Shown one piece after another: positions 13,359 to 26,782 of a DNA stretch of 64,000 nt. How positions within the stretch are numbered: the stretch's first letter is position 1; each line of letters opens with the position of its first letter. The notes under the pieces were generated by a model. The model saw only the letters and a program-made list of their open reading frames with translations, had not been told where the DNA came from and did not search any database. The DNA lies in assembly GCF_006345805.1 (NCBI RefSeq), contig NC_043021.1, positions 18,414,001-18,478,000 on the forward strand, written 5' to 3'. Source of the DNA: Octopus sinensis (Eukaryota). The position numbers and the translations under genes are program-made.

Positions 13359-13854
13359 GAGACCTCTCTTCATTATGTATCTCTCACTGCCACCCCACCT
13401 CCCATATCCCTTATACTCCCACACACTTCTGCCCCTGATCCACAACAGACAATATAGATGAAGACACACACATAAGGACAAAAAAAGAAAAAAAAACATT
13501 TATTGGAGATAAACAAATGGATTAATGGAAAAATCTTTTGGTTTTGAAATAAGAAAAACATCTTATCGTTGCCATAGCAACACACATACATGCATGTATG
13601 TACCCTGAACATGCACACACACACACACAAGCACACACACACACACTCTCTCTCTCTCTCCTTTGTTCTGAAATTTCACTCTCTCTTTCTGTCTGTCTCT
13701 CTCTCTCTCTCTCTTTCTCTCCTTTGTTCTGAAGTTTCCCTCTTTCTTTCTCTCTCTCTCTCTCTCTCTCTCACCATTTCTTCTTCTCCATCCCTCATGT
13801 TTTTGATTTTGTCAACTACACAGTATAGTAGGGTCTGTTGGGCACTGTCTATGA

Positions 13855-13960
13855 TTAAAAACAGCACCATGATGCAATTCACTCAGCCAGAAATTTGGAA
13901 ACAACATGCTGCACTGCTTGACCTTCACACTGGAAGCTCCAACACGAACATTTCAGAGCA
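13855..13960 (+). mobile_element. Possible Tc1/mariner transposase N-terminal remnant
   Basis: MMQFTQPEIWKQHAALLDLHTGSSNTNISE resembles the HTH start of maT-type transposases; resemblance judged by eye only. Confidence 0.4.
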
Positions 13961-14324
13961 GCAAGACGTGGTCAAGATTGCTGGAGATGAGACTGGACAC
14001 AGGAATTGCTGGAGACTTTGAAAGTAAACTTTGATAAGAAGCCATCTGCAGGACTCCTCTCCAATATTTACCAGGGTAATTTAACTAACTTGTTTCCCTA
14101 ATCCTCCTTAGACTCACATATTAAGGATACTCTTTGATCCTTAATTGGAGAGTCTGTTGATGGCAGTTTGTGTGTCACAGTCTTATTTGTGAAACAGGAG
14201 CCTGTTTGAATCTGGAATCTTCTACCTACCAGATGCTCCCACTGGTCTTACGGCGTGGTTGGTCCCCAGCACAATTATTTCTGCTTCCCTTCTACTGATG
14301 CTAAGGTTATCCAGCCTTTTTTCT

Positions 14325-14850
14325 TTTTTGTAGGGGTTTCTCTTTAACCTCTGTTGTGGACCAGCCAGATAGACTTTGTTTGATAATCCAATCATCAACA
14401 GATTAACAGATTATACTGGATTCCATGTTGCATGTAGTGCTCAGAAGGGTCCTGAAAGGCCCTTTTGTAACATTTTGTAACATGGGGACCTATTTATTTT
14501 TTTCAGGGGTTTCTCGTAAACCTCTGTTGTGGACTAGCCAGATGGACATTGGTGATTTGCTTGTTGATAATCCAATAATTAACAGATTAACAGATTATAC
14601 TGGATTTCATGTTGCATGTAGTGCTCAGAAGGGTCCTGAAAGGCCCTTTTGTAACAACATGGGGACCTATTTATTTTTTTCAGGAGTTTCTCGTAAACCT
14701 CTGTTGTGGACCAGCCAGATGGACATTGGTGATTTGCTTGTTGATAATCCAGTAATTAACAGATTAACAGATTATACTGGATTCGGTGTTACATGTAGTT
14801 TTCATGAGGGTCCTGAAAGGCCCTTTTGTAACAACATGGGGACCTATTTT
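14325..14850. repeat. Three tandem units of about 175 bp
   Basis: Unit starts near 14331, 14504 and 14681; sequence gggtttctc...catggggaccta is repeated. Confidence 0.9.
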
Positions 14851-15274
14851 GTGGTCACCTCACTCCACCGCCTCCCCGACTCCAAATAGCTCCCAAATTT
14901 CCCCCAAGTCCCATTCAGCTTTCTTAAACAAAGACAGTCACTTTAGATCATGTAGTCCTGGATACACTGTGACAGAAAATAAGACTGGAGGTCGATGGCT
15001 GAACAATTGATGATCTTGGGTCTGCCTGATTAGATTAAACAACAAAAAGAAACGAACAAACAAACAAAAAAAAACAATCATCACCAACAACACTACCACC
15101 ACCACCACCACATTCATCACGACTATTACCACCACCACTACCACTAACAACAACAACAACAGCTGCCATGTTGATATCAACATGTTTCCACTCAGTTGTT
15201 CTAGTGATTGGAAAATGTGACAGATGGTCTCTCTCTCTATCTCTGTTTGTGTGTGTGTGTGTGTGTATTTGTGT

Positions 15275-15317
<43 letters not shown>

Positions 15318-15779
15318 AATAATGCTCACTCATAAACATGCACACACATGCATAACCATCCCCCTATTATCTATTTACTTGTTAACCTATCTACTAGTCT
15401 ATCCAGTAGAGACACTAGTAGATAGGTTGATATCAACTACTTGCCCCCACTTCTCTCTGTCTCTTTGCCCCCACTCCCATTCATAATCATGATCATCATC
15501 ATCAGTCTATCATCGTTTCTAGGAAAATATTTTGTTGTGAAAACAATAAAACTTTAGACTTCTGTTCAGTCCTATTATCTCAATGCCCTTTTACAAACAG
15601 AGACAAAACAACAACAACAACAATCACCCAATAAGGCTTGAAAAAAAACGATATAAAGGCTGTTTGTAATTTTTTACACTATTTCATTGGGGACAGCTAG
15701 GATCTTTCGATTGGTATTTGGCTTTGAAGTATTGTGGAAAGAGAACCTCTGAGACATTTGACAAATGGTTGCTTTTCTT

Positions 15780-16175
15780 TTTTCTTTTGCTTGTTTCAGC
15801 CATTTGACTGCGGCCATGCTGGAGCACCGCCTTTAGTCGAGCAAATCGACCCCGGGACTTATTCTTTGTAAGCCCAGTACTTATTCTATTGGTTCTCTTT
15901 TTGCCGAACCGCTAGGTGACGGGGACGTAAACACATCAGCATCGGTTGTCAACCAATGCTAGGGGGACAAACACAGACACAAACACACATATATATATAT
16001 ATATATACATATATACGACAGGCTTCTTTCAGTTTCCGTCTACCAAATCCACTCACAAGGCATTGGTCGGCCCGGGGTTATAGCAGAAGACACTTGCCCA
16101 AGATGCCACGCAGTGGGACTGAACCCGGAACTGTGTGGTTGGTAAACAAGCTACTTACCACATAGCCACTCCTGC
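15780..16175 (-). mobile_element. SINE family A
   Basis: Same consensus as 1660-2073. Confidence 0.9.
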
Positions 16176-16260
16176 TGTCCACTCTTACAGAATTGACCAG
16201 AGTGACTATGATCGAGAAGGGAAATGGAAGTAATTCAGTAAAACTGGCAACACCCTAGAC

Positions 16261-16461
16261 CAGTGCTTTTCAAACTTTTTGCTGAAGTGGAACCCCAAGG
16301 AAACATTCCACTGGCTCGAGGAAACCCTGTGCAATAATTTAATTGTCTTATGCACACATATCTGCACAGGAGAATTAAAAATTACTGTCGATTTTAGCAT
16401 TTTTGTAACTTCTTGCAGAACCCCTGGACTGTACTGGCGGAACCCTGGTTGAAAACCACTG
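16261..16461. mobile_element. hAT-type MITE
   Basis: TIR CAGTGCTTTTCAAAC / GTTGAAAACCACTG; perfect 8-bp TSD CCCTAGAC. Confidence 0.9.
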
Positions 16462-16886
16462 CCCTAGACAGAATGCTTAGCTGCATTTCATCTGTTCTGA
16501 ATCCAAATGTCACTGAAGTGATAAGACCCAATGCAGTATACAAAAATCTGATTAATCTGCATTTTCAGGGGCCCATAATCGGCATCGGAAATGTTTTTTA
16601 GTCAACAACAATTCAAGGAACCTGATTAATGTTTGTTACAAATTTGGAGGAAAGCGACTGGATACTCTTCAGGTTACAGGCCTTAATGCTGCGAAAATGT
16701 TTAAAAAATGCAGTTTATCTGCCCCTGGGCCGGCATTAGGCAAAAAGCTGAAATTTTTTGGGGCCCATAACACTCCATGTACCCTATGTGACACATGTGT
16801 AAAATTTCATTAAAATTGGTTGGGTAGATCTCAAGTTTTAACAACATGACAAATACACAGACAGACACACATCCTGTGTTTTGTGT

Positions 16887-17291
16887 ACTCTTTTACTCTT
16901 TTTACTCTTTTACTTGTTTCAGTCATTTGACTGTGGCCATGCTGGAGCACCACCTTTAATCGAGCAACTCGACCCCGGGACTTATTCTTTTGTAAGCCCA
17001 GTACTTATTCTATCGGTCTCTTTTGCCGAACCGCTAAGTGATGGGGACATAAACACACCAGCATCGGTTGTCAAGCAATGCTAGGGGGACAAACACAGAC
17101 ACACAAACACACACATATATATATATACATATATACGACGGGTTTCTTTCAGTTTCCATCTACCAAATCCACTCACAAGGCATTGGTCGGCCCGGGGCTA
17201 TAGCAGAAGACACTTGCCCAAGACGCCACGCAGTGGGACTGAACCCGGAACCATGTGGTTGGTTAGCAAGCTACTTACCACACAGCCACTC
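16887..17291 (-). mobile_element. SINE family A
   Basis: Same consensus as 1660-2073. Confidence 0.9.
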
Positions 17292-18116
17292 ATATAAATG
17301 AATGAATGAATTATCCTTTGTTTACCGTTAACATGGAAAATTCAATAAATTGTTATAATATCTTGTTGTTGAGATAGGCTCTCTTTCTTTCCTGATGAGA
17401 AGATTGCATTTTTCACTGTTTATTCCATTTTTCACTGTTTATTCCTTTGGAATAATACCATGTTGTCTTCGAAACATATGTCGAAAGTAAAAGAGTTTTA
17501 ATTACATCTTCGTTCAACTCCATTTATTTACGTGCCCCAGCATGGCCACAGCTCATAAGCTGAAACTGGAAAAATCAAAATCAAAATCATATATATATTA
17601 TATATACACACACACACACACATCTACAGTTTGTTGTAGATATTTTGTATTTAGTTAAGAAAGAAGGGACAGCGCCCATCACCTCCAGAATGCTGCCCAC
17701 AACATTGGTGATGTCTGACACTTAACTAATGTCACAGGTTGACAAAGTCTACCTAGCTATAAGTAGGTGCTACCACCACCACTATCTTACTACTGGTGCT
17801 ACTAAAAAACCACCATTCCTACTACAAGTGTATGATGTAGATGTTGATGTTTGTGGGTGGAGGGAAACAGAATTGGGGTGGATGGTTGGTGGAACTGAAA
17901 TGGAATGTATTCCAGGACAACAAAATAGGTCAGACTTCTAAACAATAACAAGAACAATAACAACATTCTCCTTCAACCTTTATCTTAAGAAAAGCAAAAG
18001 AATTTTATCTTCAATATATCTCCCCCACCACACCCTTCTCATGTGCACACACACACACACACACACATACACACACATATACACACACACACATATACAC
18101 ACACACACATATACAC

Positions 18117-18182
<66 letters not shown>

Positions 18183-18205
18183 TATACACACACACACATA
18201 TACAC

Positions 18206-18247
<42 letters not shown>

Positions 18248-18454
18248 TCTGGTGTTAAACTAGCTATGGTCTGTTGCCTCCAGTTCAAGATGGCCAGAGA
18301 CCAATTAACAAATTCTGAAATCATAAATTGTAAATATCTGAGATGACTTGGATGCAATTCCGATTATACCTCCCCTCCCTGCACTACACTGGAATCTTCT
18401 ACCTCCTCAATGGGTCCATCACCCCCACTGAACGCACTGTAATTTGGTCCCATA

Positions 18455-18750
18455 ACTCAGTTGATCAAGAGACCAACAAAACTCCTTGTAACAGCAAAAA
18501 TGAACTGAAGGCAAGGATTATGGCAGCATTCACCAGTTTAAACAAGGAGACCGTCCAGAAGAATTGCAGGAGATTCCAAAGTCGTCTGGAGGCCATGGTT
18601 GAAGCCATGGTGATTTTTTTGAAAAAAATTACTCTTTAATATTTCAAGATATTTTTATGTAATTTTAGTAAATATATCTGTCAAAATGAGATGCCAGTGT
18701 TATTTTCATTTTTGCGTAATTTAGATGACAATTTATTCACTGTTCTTCCT
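18455..18750 (+). mobile_element. Tc1/mariner (maT-like) transposase C-terminal remnant
   Basis: VDQETNKTPCNSKNELKARIMAAFTSLNKETVQKNCRRFQSRLEAMVEA fits the typical C-terminal CxxFxxRLEAVxxA helix. Confidence 0.75.
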
Positions 18751-18776
18751 GTTTGTATCAACATATATCTATGTAT

Positions 18777-18917
18777 AGGTCGACTTTGCCTTTCATCATC
18801 TCGGGGTCGATAAATAAAGTACCAGTTTCACACTGGGGTCGATGTAATCGAATTAATCCCTTTGTCTATCCTTGTTTCTTCCCTCTATGTTTAGCCCCTT
18901 GTGGGCAATAAAGAAAT
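18777..18917 (+). mobile_element. SINE family B, 5'-truncated
   Basis: Central block and tail of family B. Confidence 0.85.
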
Positions 18918-19128
18918 ATATATCTATATACATACATACATACATGCATACATATTTTTTTTCCTCTGTCTTCCCTTCTCTGGATCTTTCCTTCTCCTAT
19001 GTTTCCGACGAAGAGCTCCACTCGAAATGTTAAACCCTCCTTCTTTCCTTCTTTCCTGAGCGTCCAATAATACTATATTTGTTCCACGTCCTCGCGTTGT
19101 TGTGTTTTTTGTGCTTTCTTGTTTGGAT

Positions 19129-19180
<52 letters not shown>

Positions 19181-20344
19181 ATATATATACACAGTATTTA
19201 ATTTATATCTATTCTATGATTTAATCTGTTCAATTTCCTTCTGGAAATGATGATGGTAGTGATGATGTTGATGACTGGAAATTGAGCAGATTAAATCATA
19301 GAATAGATATAAATTAAATACTGTATATATATATATAATATATATATATATATATTATATATACAGTATTTATTTTCTATCTATTCTATGATTTAATCTG
19401 CTCAGTTTCCAGTCATCATCAGGCATTTATCTTATTCTGAGAAATGTCCAGGGAGTGTCCCTGACTGGATTTGAACTAGGAACTAAGAGTAAAAATGATG
19501 ATGATGGGTGTGACCATTGATGACTGATGGTGATGGTTAATGATGACTAATGATGACCAACGATGATGTAAGAAATGATTATCATGGCGTGGTGATGACG
19601 AGTCTGATTGATAATGAAGATGATAGTGGGAATTTTGGTGATGCTGATGTTGATGGTGGTGATGATGATGGTAGTGATGATGTTGATGATGTGATTCATG
19701 ATGTCGGTGATGATGTTGATGGTTGTTGTGGTGTTGATTAATCTTGACTTAATGATGATACTGGTGGCTATGGTGATGGCGATGATGCGATTAATGATGA
19801 TGCATGATGAAGATAACGACAGTGATGATGATGATGATGATGATGATTGTTAGTATTGTTTAGCCCCAGGCCAGCTTTGATACAACATACCTATGATCAG
19901 ATATGTCTCTGCCAGCCATGATCATCCTGTCTTTTCCCTTGGCACAGTTTATCCAGGAGTAAATTATCTATTGTGTCCTTCTTTTCTCGGAAGGAAGGCT
20001 CTGATTTGATGGTGATTTGGCTGCTATTGTTAGCAAGTTAAGCAAGTGCTTAAAGGCTCCATCAAAACAAGGGCTCATATGCTGTGTAAAAACTCATTCC
20101 TCCGATGCCAACATTGGAAGTGGATATTGTGGTGGTGGTGGCGGTGGTAGTGGTGGCGGTGGTAGTGGTGGCGGTGGTAGTGGTGGCGGTGGTGGTGGTT
20201 GTTAACCAGCCCTGACCCAGCAGATCTTTCATCAAGTGTGTTCCAACCTGATTATCCGATATGTCCTTCCTGGTTTGAAGATAGTCAGTGTGATCTGAAG
20301 AAGATTTGACTACTATTTCTAACAAGTCAAGCTATATATATCTA

Positions 20345-20660
20345 AGACCCCCGTCAGTCTCGACACTGACCATGGGATTGCACCTAGAAAGTCCCCCTCC
20401 CAGGCACAAGTCCGGGCAAGGTTGTTTATGGAAGACCAGCAGTTGCCCATGCATACCAGCCTCCTCTCTCCTCACCACCAGTGTTATCCAAGGGAAAGGC
20501 AAAGGGGCCAATACAGCTTGGTGACGTCGCAACTCATTTCTACAGCTGAGTGAACTGGAGCAACGTAAAATAAAGGTGTCTTGCTCAAGAACACAACACG
20601 CAGCCCGGTCCAGGATTCGAGCTCACAACCTAACAATCATAAGCTTGACGCTCTAACCAC
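20345..20660 (-). mobile_element. tRNA-headed CORE-like SINE (family C variant)
   Basis: Minus strand A box TGGCTCAGTGG, B-box-like GCTCGAATCC, then gttcttgagcaagacac block. Confidence 0.8.
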
Positions 20661-21237
20661 TGAGCCATGTGCCTTCACCAAGCTATGTATATATATTATA
20701 TGTAGAAAAATACGAACTGGGACAAGAACGTAAAACATTGAGAAGACAATACAAAAAACACGGACGGGACATTCGAAGCCTTCAATCTTCAGTCAAGAAC
20801 CGGATCATCCTAGCAATTTCGGCTGATATATATATATATATATATATAAAACCCTCATTGATTTGTAGTGATGATGATGATGATGCTAATGGTAATGCCA
20901 TTGATGCAGTTAAGGTGGTTAACATGCCAGACAAAATGCTTAACCTCATTTCACTTGTCTTTACGTTGTGAGTTCAAATTCCACCAAGGTCGACTTTGCC
21001 TTTCATCCTTTTGGGGGGTCAACGAAATATGTACCAGTTGAGCACTGGGGTCAATGTAATCATCAACCCCGCCTCCCCCCTCTCTAAACCACTCCTCACA
21101 AAATTTCAGGCCTTGTGCCTTTAATAGAAAAGATATTATTGAAGAAGTTAATGATGTTAATAATACTGTTGATGATGATGATGATGATGATGATATTGAT
21201 GTTGATGGTGTTAATGATGATTCTGTTGTATTTTCAG

Positions 21238-21342
21238 GATTTACCTGTGTACCTGGAACGTTGGCACTAAACCCCCGCCCGATGACCTAGCGTCGCTACT
21301 CTCACTCGATACAGACCTGCGCCCAGATATCTATGTTATTGG
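21238..21342 (+). CDS. INPP5K: 5-phosphatase exon 2: (R)IYLCTWNVGTKPPPDDLASLLSLDTDLRPDIYVI(G)
   Basis: ttttcag acceptor, GG|gtaag donor; TWNV and PDIYVIG are conserved N-terminal motifs of the inositol 5-phosphatase domain. Confidence 0.95.
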
Positions 21343-21779
21343 GTAAGTGTGTCATCTACCCCACCTACCCTTTATACCCTTGCTACCTGTATACATGTAC
21401 TCCCCACCACCTTAACTACTTCTTACCTCTAAAACTGTTTTTTTTTTCTCTGTCTACAGGTGAATACCTTGACTCACTCATCATAGATGAAAGCAAACCT
21501 AAAACATTTGTTTTATTCTTTACTCTTGATTTAGAAAAACCTAGTCTAAAGCATTCCAGCTATAACCACGCTGGTTTTTTTTTTTCTGGCAAAGTGTATT
21601 TAAGACTACATTACACTATATGTTCTTTTAGTTTTTAAGATTTGGCTGTTGTATAAGCATATATACACATACATAAACACACATATGTACTCATGCATAC
21701 ATACAAAATACATGCGTACATACATGCCTACATGCATATATACATATGCACACATCCATGTATACGCATATACATGGTG

Positions 21780-22312
21780 GCTGCCCCCTCGTTATTGAGT
21801 ATGGCCATTGCACAAAGCTTAATCAATGTTGTTATCGTGCAATGCCTGTGCAAGAAGATTTTTTTTTTAAAGTGAGGAAAAGCTGTGCACTGAGTCAATC
21901 CCACTCACTAAGCAACAACAGCCATAATCCGAAAAGAAGTGCAAGTCAACATCATCGGTAACCACTGAGCCGCAGGTTTTGTGTCGGAGTTATCCCAGTT
22001 ACCTGAGTTACCTTCTCCTAGAAGGATGCCCTAACAAAGGCTAGGAGTCCTTCACTCCCAATGGTTTAATCATGCGATTGGGTATTCAGTCCGATTATTT
22101 CTATGTCCCCGCGCATAATAAAGCCTTAAGACATTTATTGGATGGCCGTTGACTCTCAAGAGTTCCTCCGCCCTTTGACGGGTTTTGTTTTTCATCCCGC
22201 AGGGTGTCCAATAAACACCCTCTCCGGGGTTGCCAGTTTAGTCGCCGACAACCCGACCATGCAACAGGTTGTACTGGGTTACATGTTACCAGTAGCACTC
22301 GAAAGTGACCTG
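21780..22312. mobile_element. Unclassified interspersed element, possibly a non-autonomous RTE derivative
   Basis: GC-richer non-coding block bounded by CATA repeats; the ttctcctag...aaggcta segment recalls RTE UTRs (inference). Confidence 0.35.
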
Positions 22313-22610
22313 ACATACACACATATACATACATGCATACTTACATACATACACATACAAACACACGTATATGTGTGTGTTTGTTTACCAGTGTAAATTA
22401 TGTTACATTGTATTTCCTTATATCAAAGGATGACTTAGCAGTTTGGTTTGGTAAAATGGTGATTGATAAAGTAAGTCCATGACTCAAGTAAGTAATCGGG
22501 TCAATAGGATTTATCAAAACTATTGAAGGTGGCGCTCCAGCATGGCCATATCTGAAAAGAATAAAAGAATATAAAATATATTTCCAGATACAAATTCCTC
22601 TAATCTAGTA

Positions 22611-23190
22611 GGGTGTGCTGAAAAGTTCCTGGCTTTAAGGGTATTGTGAAAGGCCTGGTTGGAGGCCCAACCTTCCGAGTTCTTTTACAGGGCTTAGAAA
22701 AACTGAAGGACTGCCGCAATAAACGTGTGAATCTGAGAGGGGAATATGTTGAATAAAATCATAATTAATGAGTGGCTGTGTGGTAAGTAGCTTGCTAACC
22801 AGCCACATGGTTCCGGGTTCAGTCCCACTGCGTGGCATCTTGGGCAAGTGTTTTCTGCTATAGCCCCGGGCCGACTAATGCCTTGTGAGTGGATTTGGTA
22901 GACGGAAACTGAAAGAAGCCTGTCGTATATATGTATATATAAATAAAGGCCAATTGCTGGTGTTGTCATGTTATCTCCTGTACAGCAGCACACCTGGTCC
23001 CACATAGCGGTTCGGCAAAAGAGAGCGATAGAATAAGTACTGGGCTTACAAAGAATAAGTCCCAGGGGCGATTTGCTCGACTAAAGGTGGTGCTCCAGCA
23101 TGGCTGCAGTCAGATGATTGAAACAAGTAAAAGAGTAATTGATCTTCGACTATTTATTTTTACCCCAAACCAGGAACTTTTCATAAACTG
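22611..23190 (+). mobile_element. Mariner-derived MITE interrupted by a SINE A copy (22769-23136, +)
   Basis: Left TIR tgctgaaaagttcctggcttt, right TIR aaaccaggaacttttca; internal GLEKLKDCRNKRVNLRGEYVE* resembles a mariner C-terminus. Confidence 0.8.
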
Positions 23191-23258
23191 CATTCTCATT
23201 CCACCCCCAGTAAAACACAGCAACTACTCCCTAAAATCTACTTTTTTTCTCCCTTCAG

Positions 23259-23352
23259 ATTACAAGAAGTGAGTACATCTGATCTCAGTGCTACAGACAA
23301 TCCCTGGACAATAAAACTCACCTCTACTATATGTTCCAAAGGTTATATCAGA
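23259..23352 (+). CDS. INPP5K: 5-phosphatase exon 3: (G)LQEVSTSDLSATDNPWTIKLTSTICSKGYIR
   Basis: Pyrimidine tract plus cag acceptor, gtaag donor; completes the GLQE motif in frame with exon 2. Confidence 0.93.
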
Positions 23353-23632
23353 GTAAGTGACCTTCTTCCTCTTAGATTTGGGGTTGGGGTGTTTAATTTT
23401 TTAATTTGGTTCATTATAAAACTACCTTGATCAAATGCATTGAGAAAATGTATAACAGTGTTATATATGAAACAGGTGTGGCTGTGTGTCAGGGAAGTTT
23501 GCATCCCAACCACAAGGTTCTGGGTTCAATACCACTACATGGCACTTTGAGTGAGCGTCTTCTACTATATCCTTGGACTGACCAAAGCCTTGTGGGTGGA
23601 TTGGGTTCACAGAAACTGAAAGAAGCTTATCA

Positions 23633-23663
<31 letters not shown>

Positions 23664-23909
23664 TTGGCAAAAGACACTAATGGAATAAACACCAGGCTTA
23701 AAAAAAATTCTGGGGTCGATTTTTTCAATTAAACTACTTCAGGACGGTGCTCCAGCATGGCCACAGTGTGACTGACTGAAACAAATAAAAAAAAAAAGAT
23801 AAAAAAAGATGTGTTGATGACAGAGTGTAACATGTAGCTGTGACGTGTGTAACATGAGTGTAATAGTGTAGAGTACAGTTTGTTGTTACACAGCACTCTC
23901 TGAGTACTC

Positions 23910-24136
23910 TTCACTCTACTCTCTTTTACTTGTTTCAGTCATTTGACTGCGGCCATGCTGGAGCACCGCCTTTAGTCGAGCAAATCGACCCCAGGACTTA
24001 TTCTTTGTAAACCTAGTACTTATGCTATCGGTCACTTTTGCTGAACTGCTAAGTTACGGGGACGTAAACACACCAGCATTGGTTGTCAAACGATGTTGGT
24101 GGGGACAAACACAGACACACAAACATATACACACAC

Positions 24137-24216
<80 letters not shown>

Positions 24217-24383
24217 ATACAACAGGCTTCTTTCAGTTTCTGCCTACCAAATCCACTCTCAAGGCTTTGGTTGGCCCAAGGCTATAGTAGGGCACACTTG
24301 CCCGAGGTGCCACGCAGTGGGACTGAACCCGGAACCATGTGGTTGGTAAGCAAGCTACTTACCACACAGCCACTCCTGCACCT
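23910..24383 (-). mobile_element. SINE family A
   Basis: Same consensus as 1660-2073. Confidence 0.9.
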
Positions 24384-24653
24384 GTTGATACAAATATGAA
24401 AGGACATTCACCAGCAACACTGGTTCAGATTTCTCTCTCTATCTCTCTCTCTCCCTCCTCTCTTTCTCTCCCCCTTTCTCTCTCTCCTCACTCCCCCTCT
24501 CTCATATTAATTGGTAGCAGCAGCTGTGTACAATGTGAGGTGTGTGAGTTATTGATGTTGTTTGTGTTCTTTGTTTATGTAAATGTGTTTCATTCTTTCC
24601 TGTTGATTCCACAGAGTAGTTTATTGCCGTTTTATTGAATGGTTATTGTAGAA

Positions 24654-24741
24654 CAGTGGTTCCTAACCTTTTCACAGAGGTTCCCAGCCCTTTTATTTAA
24701 ATGAGTTTTCCCATGGACCCATTTTAATATGCTTATCCTTA

Positions 24742-24774
<33 letters not shown>

Positions 24775-24851
24775 TAAAATTATAAATTAGGGTATCTACG
24801 AGATACCACCATGCTGAAAATAGCAGCCATGATCTGACTCTAAAACCACTT
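24654..24851. mobile_element. hAT-type MITE, diverged, same family as 58503-58684
   Basis: Starts cagtggttcctaacc; internal ttttcccatggaccc...gcttatcctt is the reverse complement of part of 58503-58684. Confidence 0.6.
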
Positions 24852-24861
24852 TAATTGTCCA

Positions 24862-25235
24862 TGAGTGGCTGTGTGGTAAGTAGCTTGCTAACCAACTACA
24901 TGGTTCCGGGTTCAGTCCCACTGCGTGGCATCTTGGGCAAGTGTCTTCTGCTATAGCCTTGGGCCGACCAAAGCATTGTGAGTGGATTTGGTAGACGGAA
25001 ACTGAAAGAAGCCTGTCGTATATATATATATGTATGTGTTTGTCCCCCCAACATCGCTTGATAACCACTGCTGGTGTGTTTATGTCCCTGTCACTTAGCG
25101 GTTCGGCAAAAGAGACCAATAGAATAAGTACTGGGCTTACAAAGAATAAGTCCCGGGGTCGATTTGCTCGACTAAAGGCGGTGCTCCAGCATGGCCGCAG
25201 TCAAATGACTGAAACAAGTAAAAGAGTAAAAGAGA
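24862..25235 (+). mobile_element. SINE family A
   Basis: Full head-to-tail match. Confidence 0.9.
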
Positions 25236-25886
25236 ATATCAACACAGAGAGAAAACAAAGAGACAAGATGAAACTAGTAAAAAATTACTGGATAATTCTA
25301 GATCCCGGATTTCTGGCTTTTAGTGCCAGTTAATTTGACCAACTGTTTGAATATCATCTTCGCTTCCATTTTATCGCCGTTTGGTCTACGACAAAACGTC
25401 TGTTAAGAACACCATGATGGTGAGGGTGTGTGGCCTAGTGTTTAGGGGTGTTGCACTCACAATCATGAGATCATGGTTTCAATTCTCAAACCAGGTGGTG
25501 CGTTGTGTTCTTGAGCAAAACCCCCTTCATTTCACATTGCCCCAGTCCACTCAGCTGTAGAAGGGTCACCCTGCGACGGACTGGTGCACAAGGGTGAGAG
25601 GGTGACTCAGGAAAATCACCGAAACAGGGGTCCCATGAACCACGTTTAGTATTCAGTGATTGAAAGGATGAACAGTGGAACCCTTACTGTTAATCCCTGA
25701 CCTGTTTGGGGTTAATTGTTCAACAATATGGAAGGACAAAACCACGAAAGGCTGGTGTTCTGCCAGTATTCCTTCCGAGCAGAGCTTTGTGTTGTTCCAC
25801 ACAAGAAAAATCTCTGAGACAAAAATATTACATCTGGTGCTGCTCTACCTTTGTATACACATCCATAGTTTCGTCTAAGGCTGTAC

Positions 25887-25925
<39 letters not shown>

Positions 25926-26090
25926 AATGATAATAATAATGATAATAATAATAATAATAATTGATAATAATGATAATGATAATAATAATGATAATAATAA
26001 TAATAATTGATAATAATGATAATGATAATAATAATGATAATAATAATAATAATAATAATTGATAATAATAATAATGATAATAATGATAAT
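25887..26090. repeat. (TAA/TGA)n microsatellite
   Basis: Direct inspection. Confidence 0.95.
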
Positions 26091-26299
26091 GCGTATTACT
26101 GTTGTTATTTCCTCCTCCTATCAACTTTGATTTATTCTAAAAAAAAAATTTAGGGAAGTTAGTAGTTTCGTGTTGACTAGTTCAGTAACCATAGCAACAG
26201 AACAAGCAAGAAGTGGTTGGGTAGGAGGGGGGGTAGGCAATTGTGGAAGGAATTAATCAATTGAGTAAGCAAACATCCAGCCAACCAATCATCATTATC

Positions 26300-26331
<32 letters not shown>

Positions 26332-26782
26332 CATCACTGTTTATCGCCACCACCACCACCACCATTATCACCAACCAACCAACCAGCCATCCGACCGGCT
26401 ATGAATTACACTTCACTCAGTATATTGAGAGTGCTGTCGTACCTTATTTGGGGTTGGGTAGCATGTCGAGGGGGTGGGGGGGATGGGGCGGCTGTCATGA
26501 TTAATTTTAACATGTTGGAGATGATGATGATCATGATCATGAGGATATGGACGATGATGATGATGATGATTATAATGTAATATGTCTGAGTGAATATGTT
26601 GCAGCAACGAGCGGAATGGGAGTGGGTGTACATCTGTCTGCTGCAATTCACTGAATAGGACGATGATGATGATGATGATGGGACAGAGCTGAATGTGTTA
26701 TCAGTGATATGTAAGATTTACTACTACTACTACTACTACTATCTCCACATCGTGATTGTCATTATTATTATTATTATTATTA

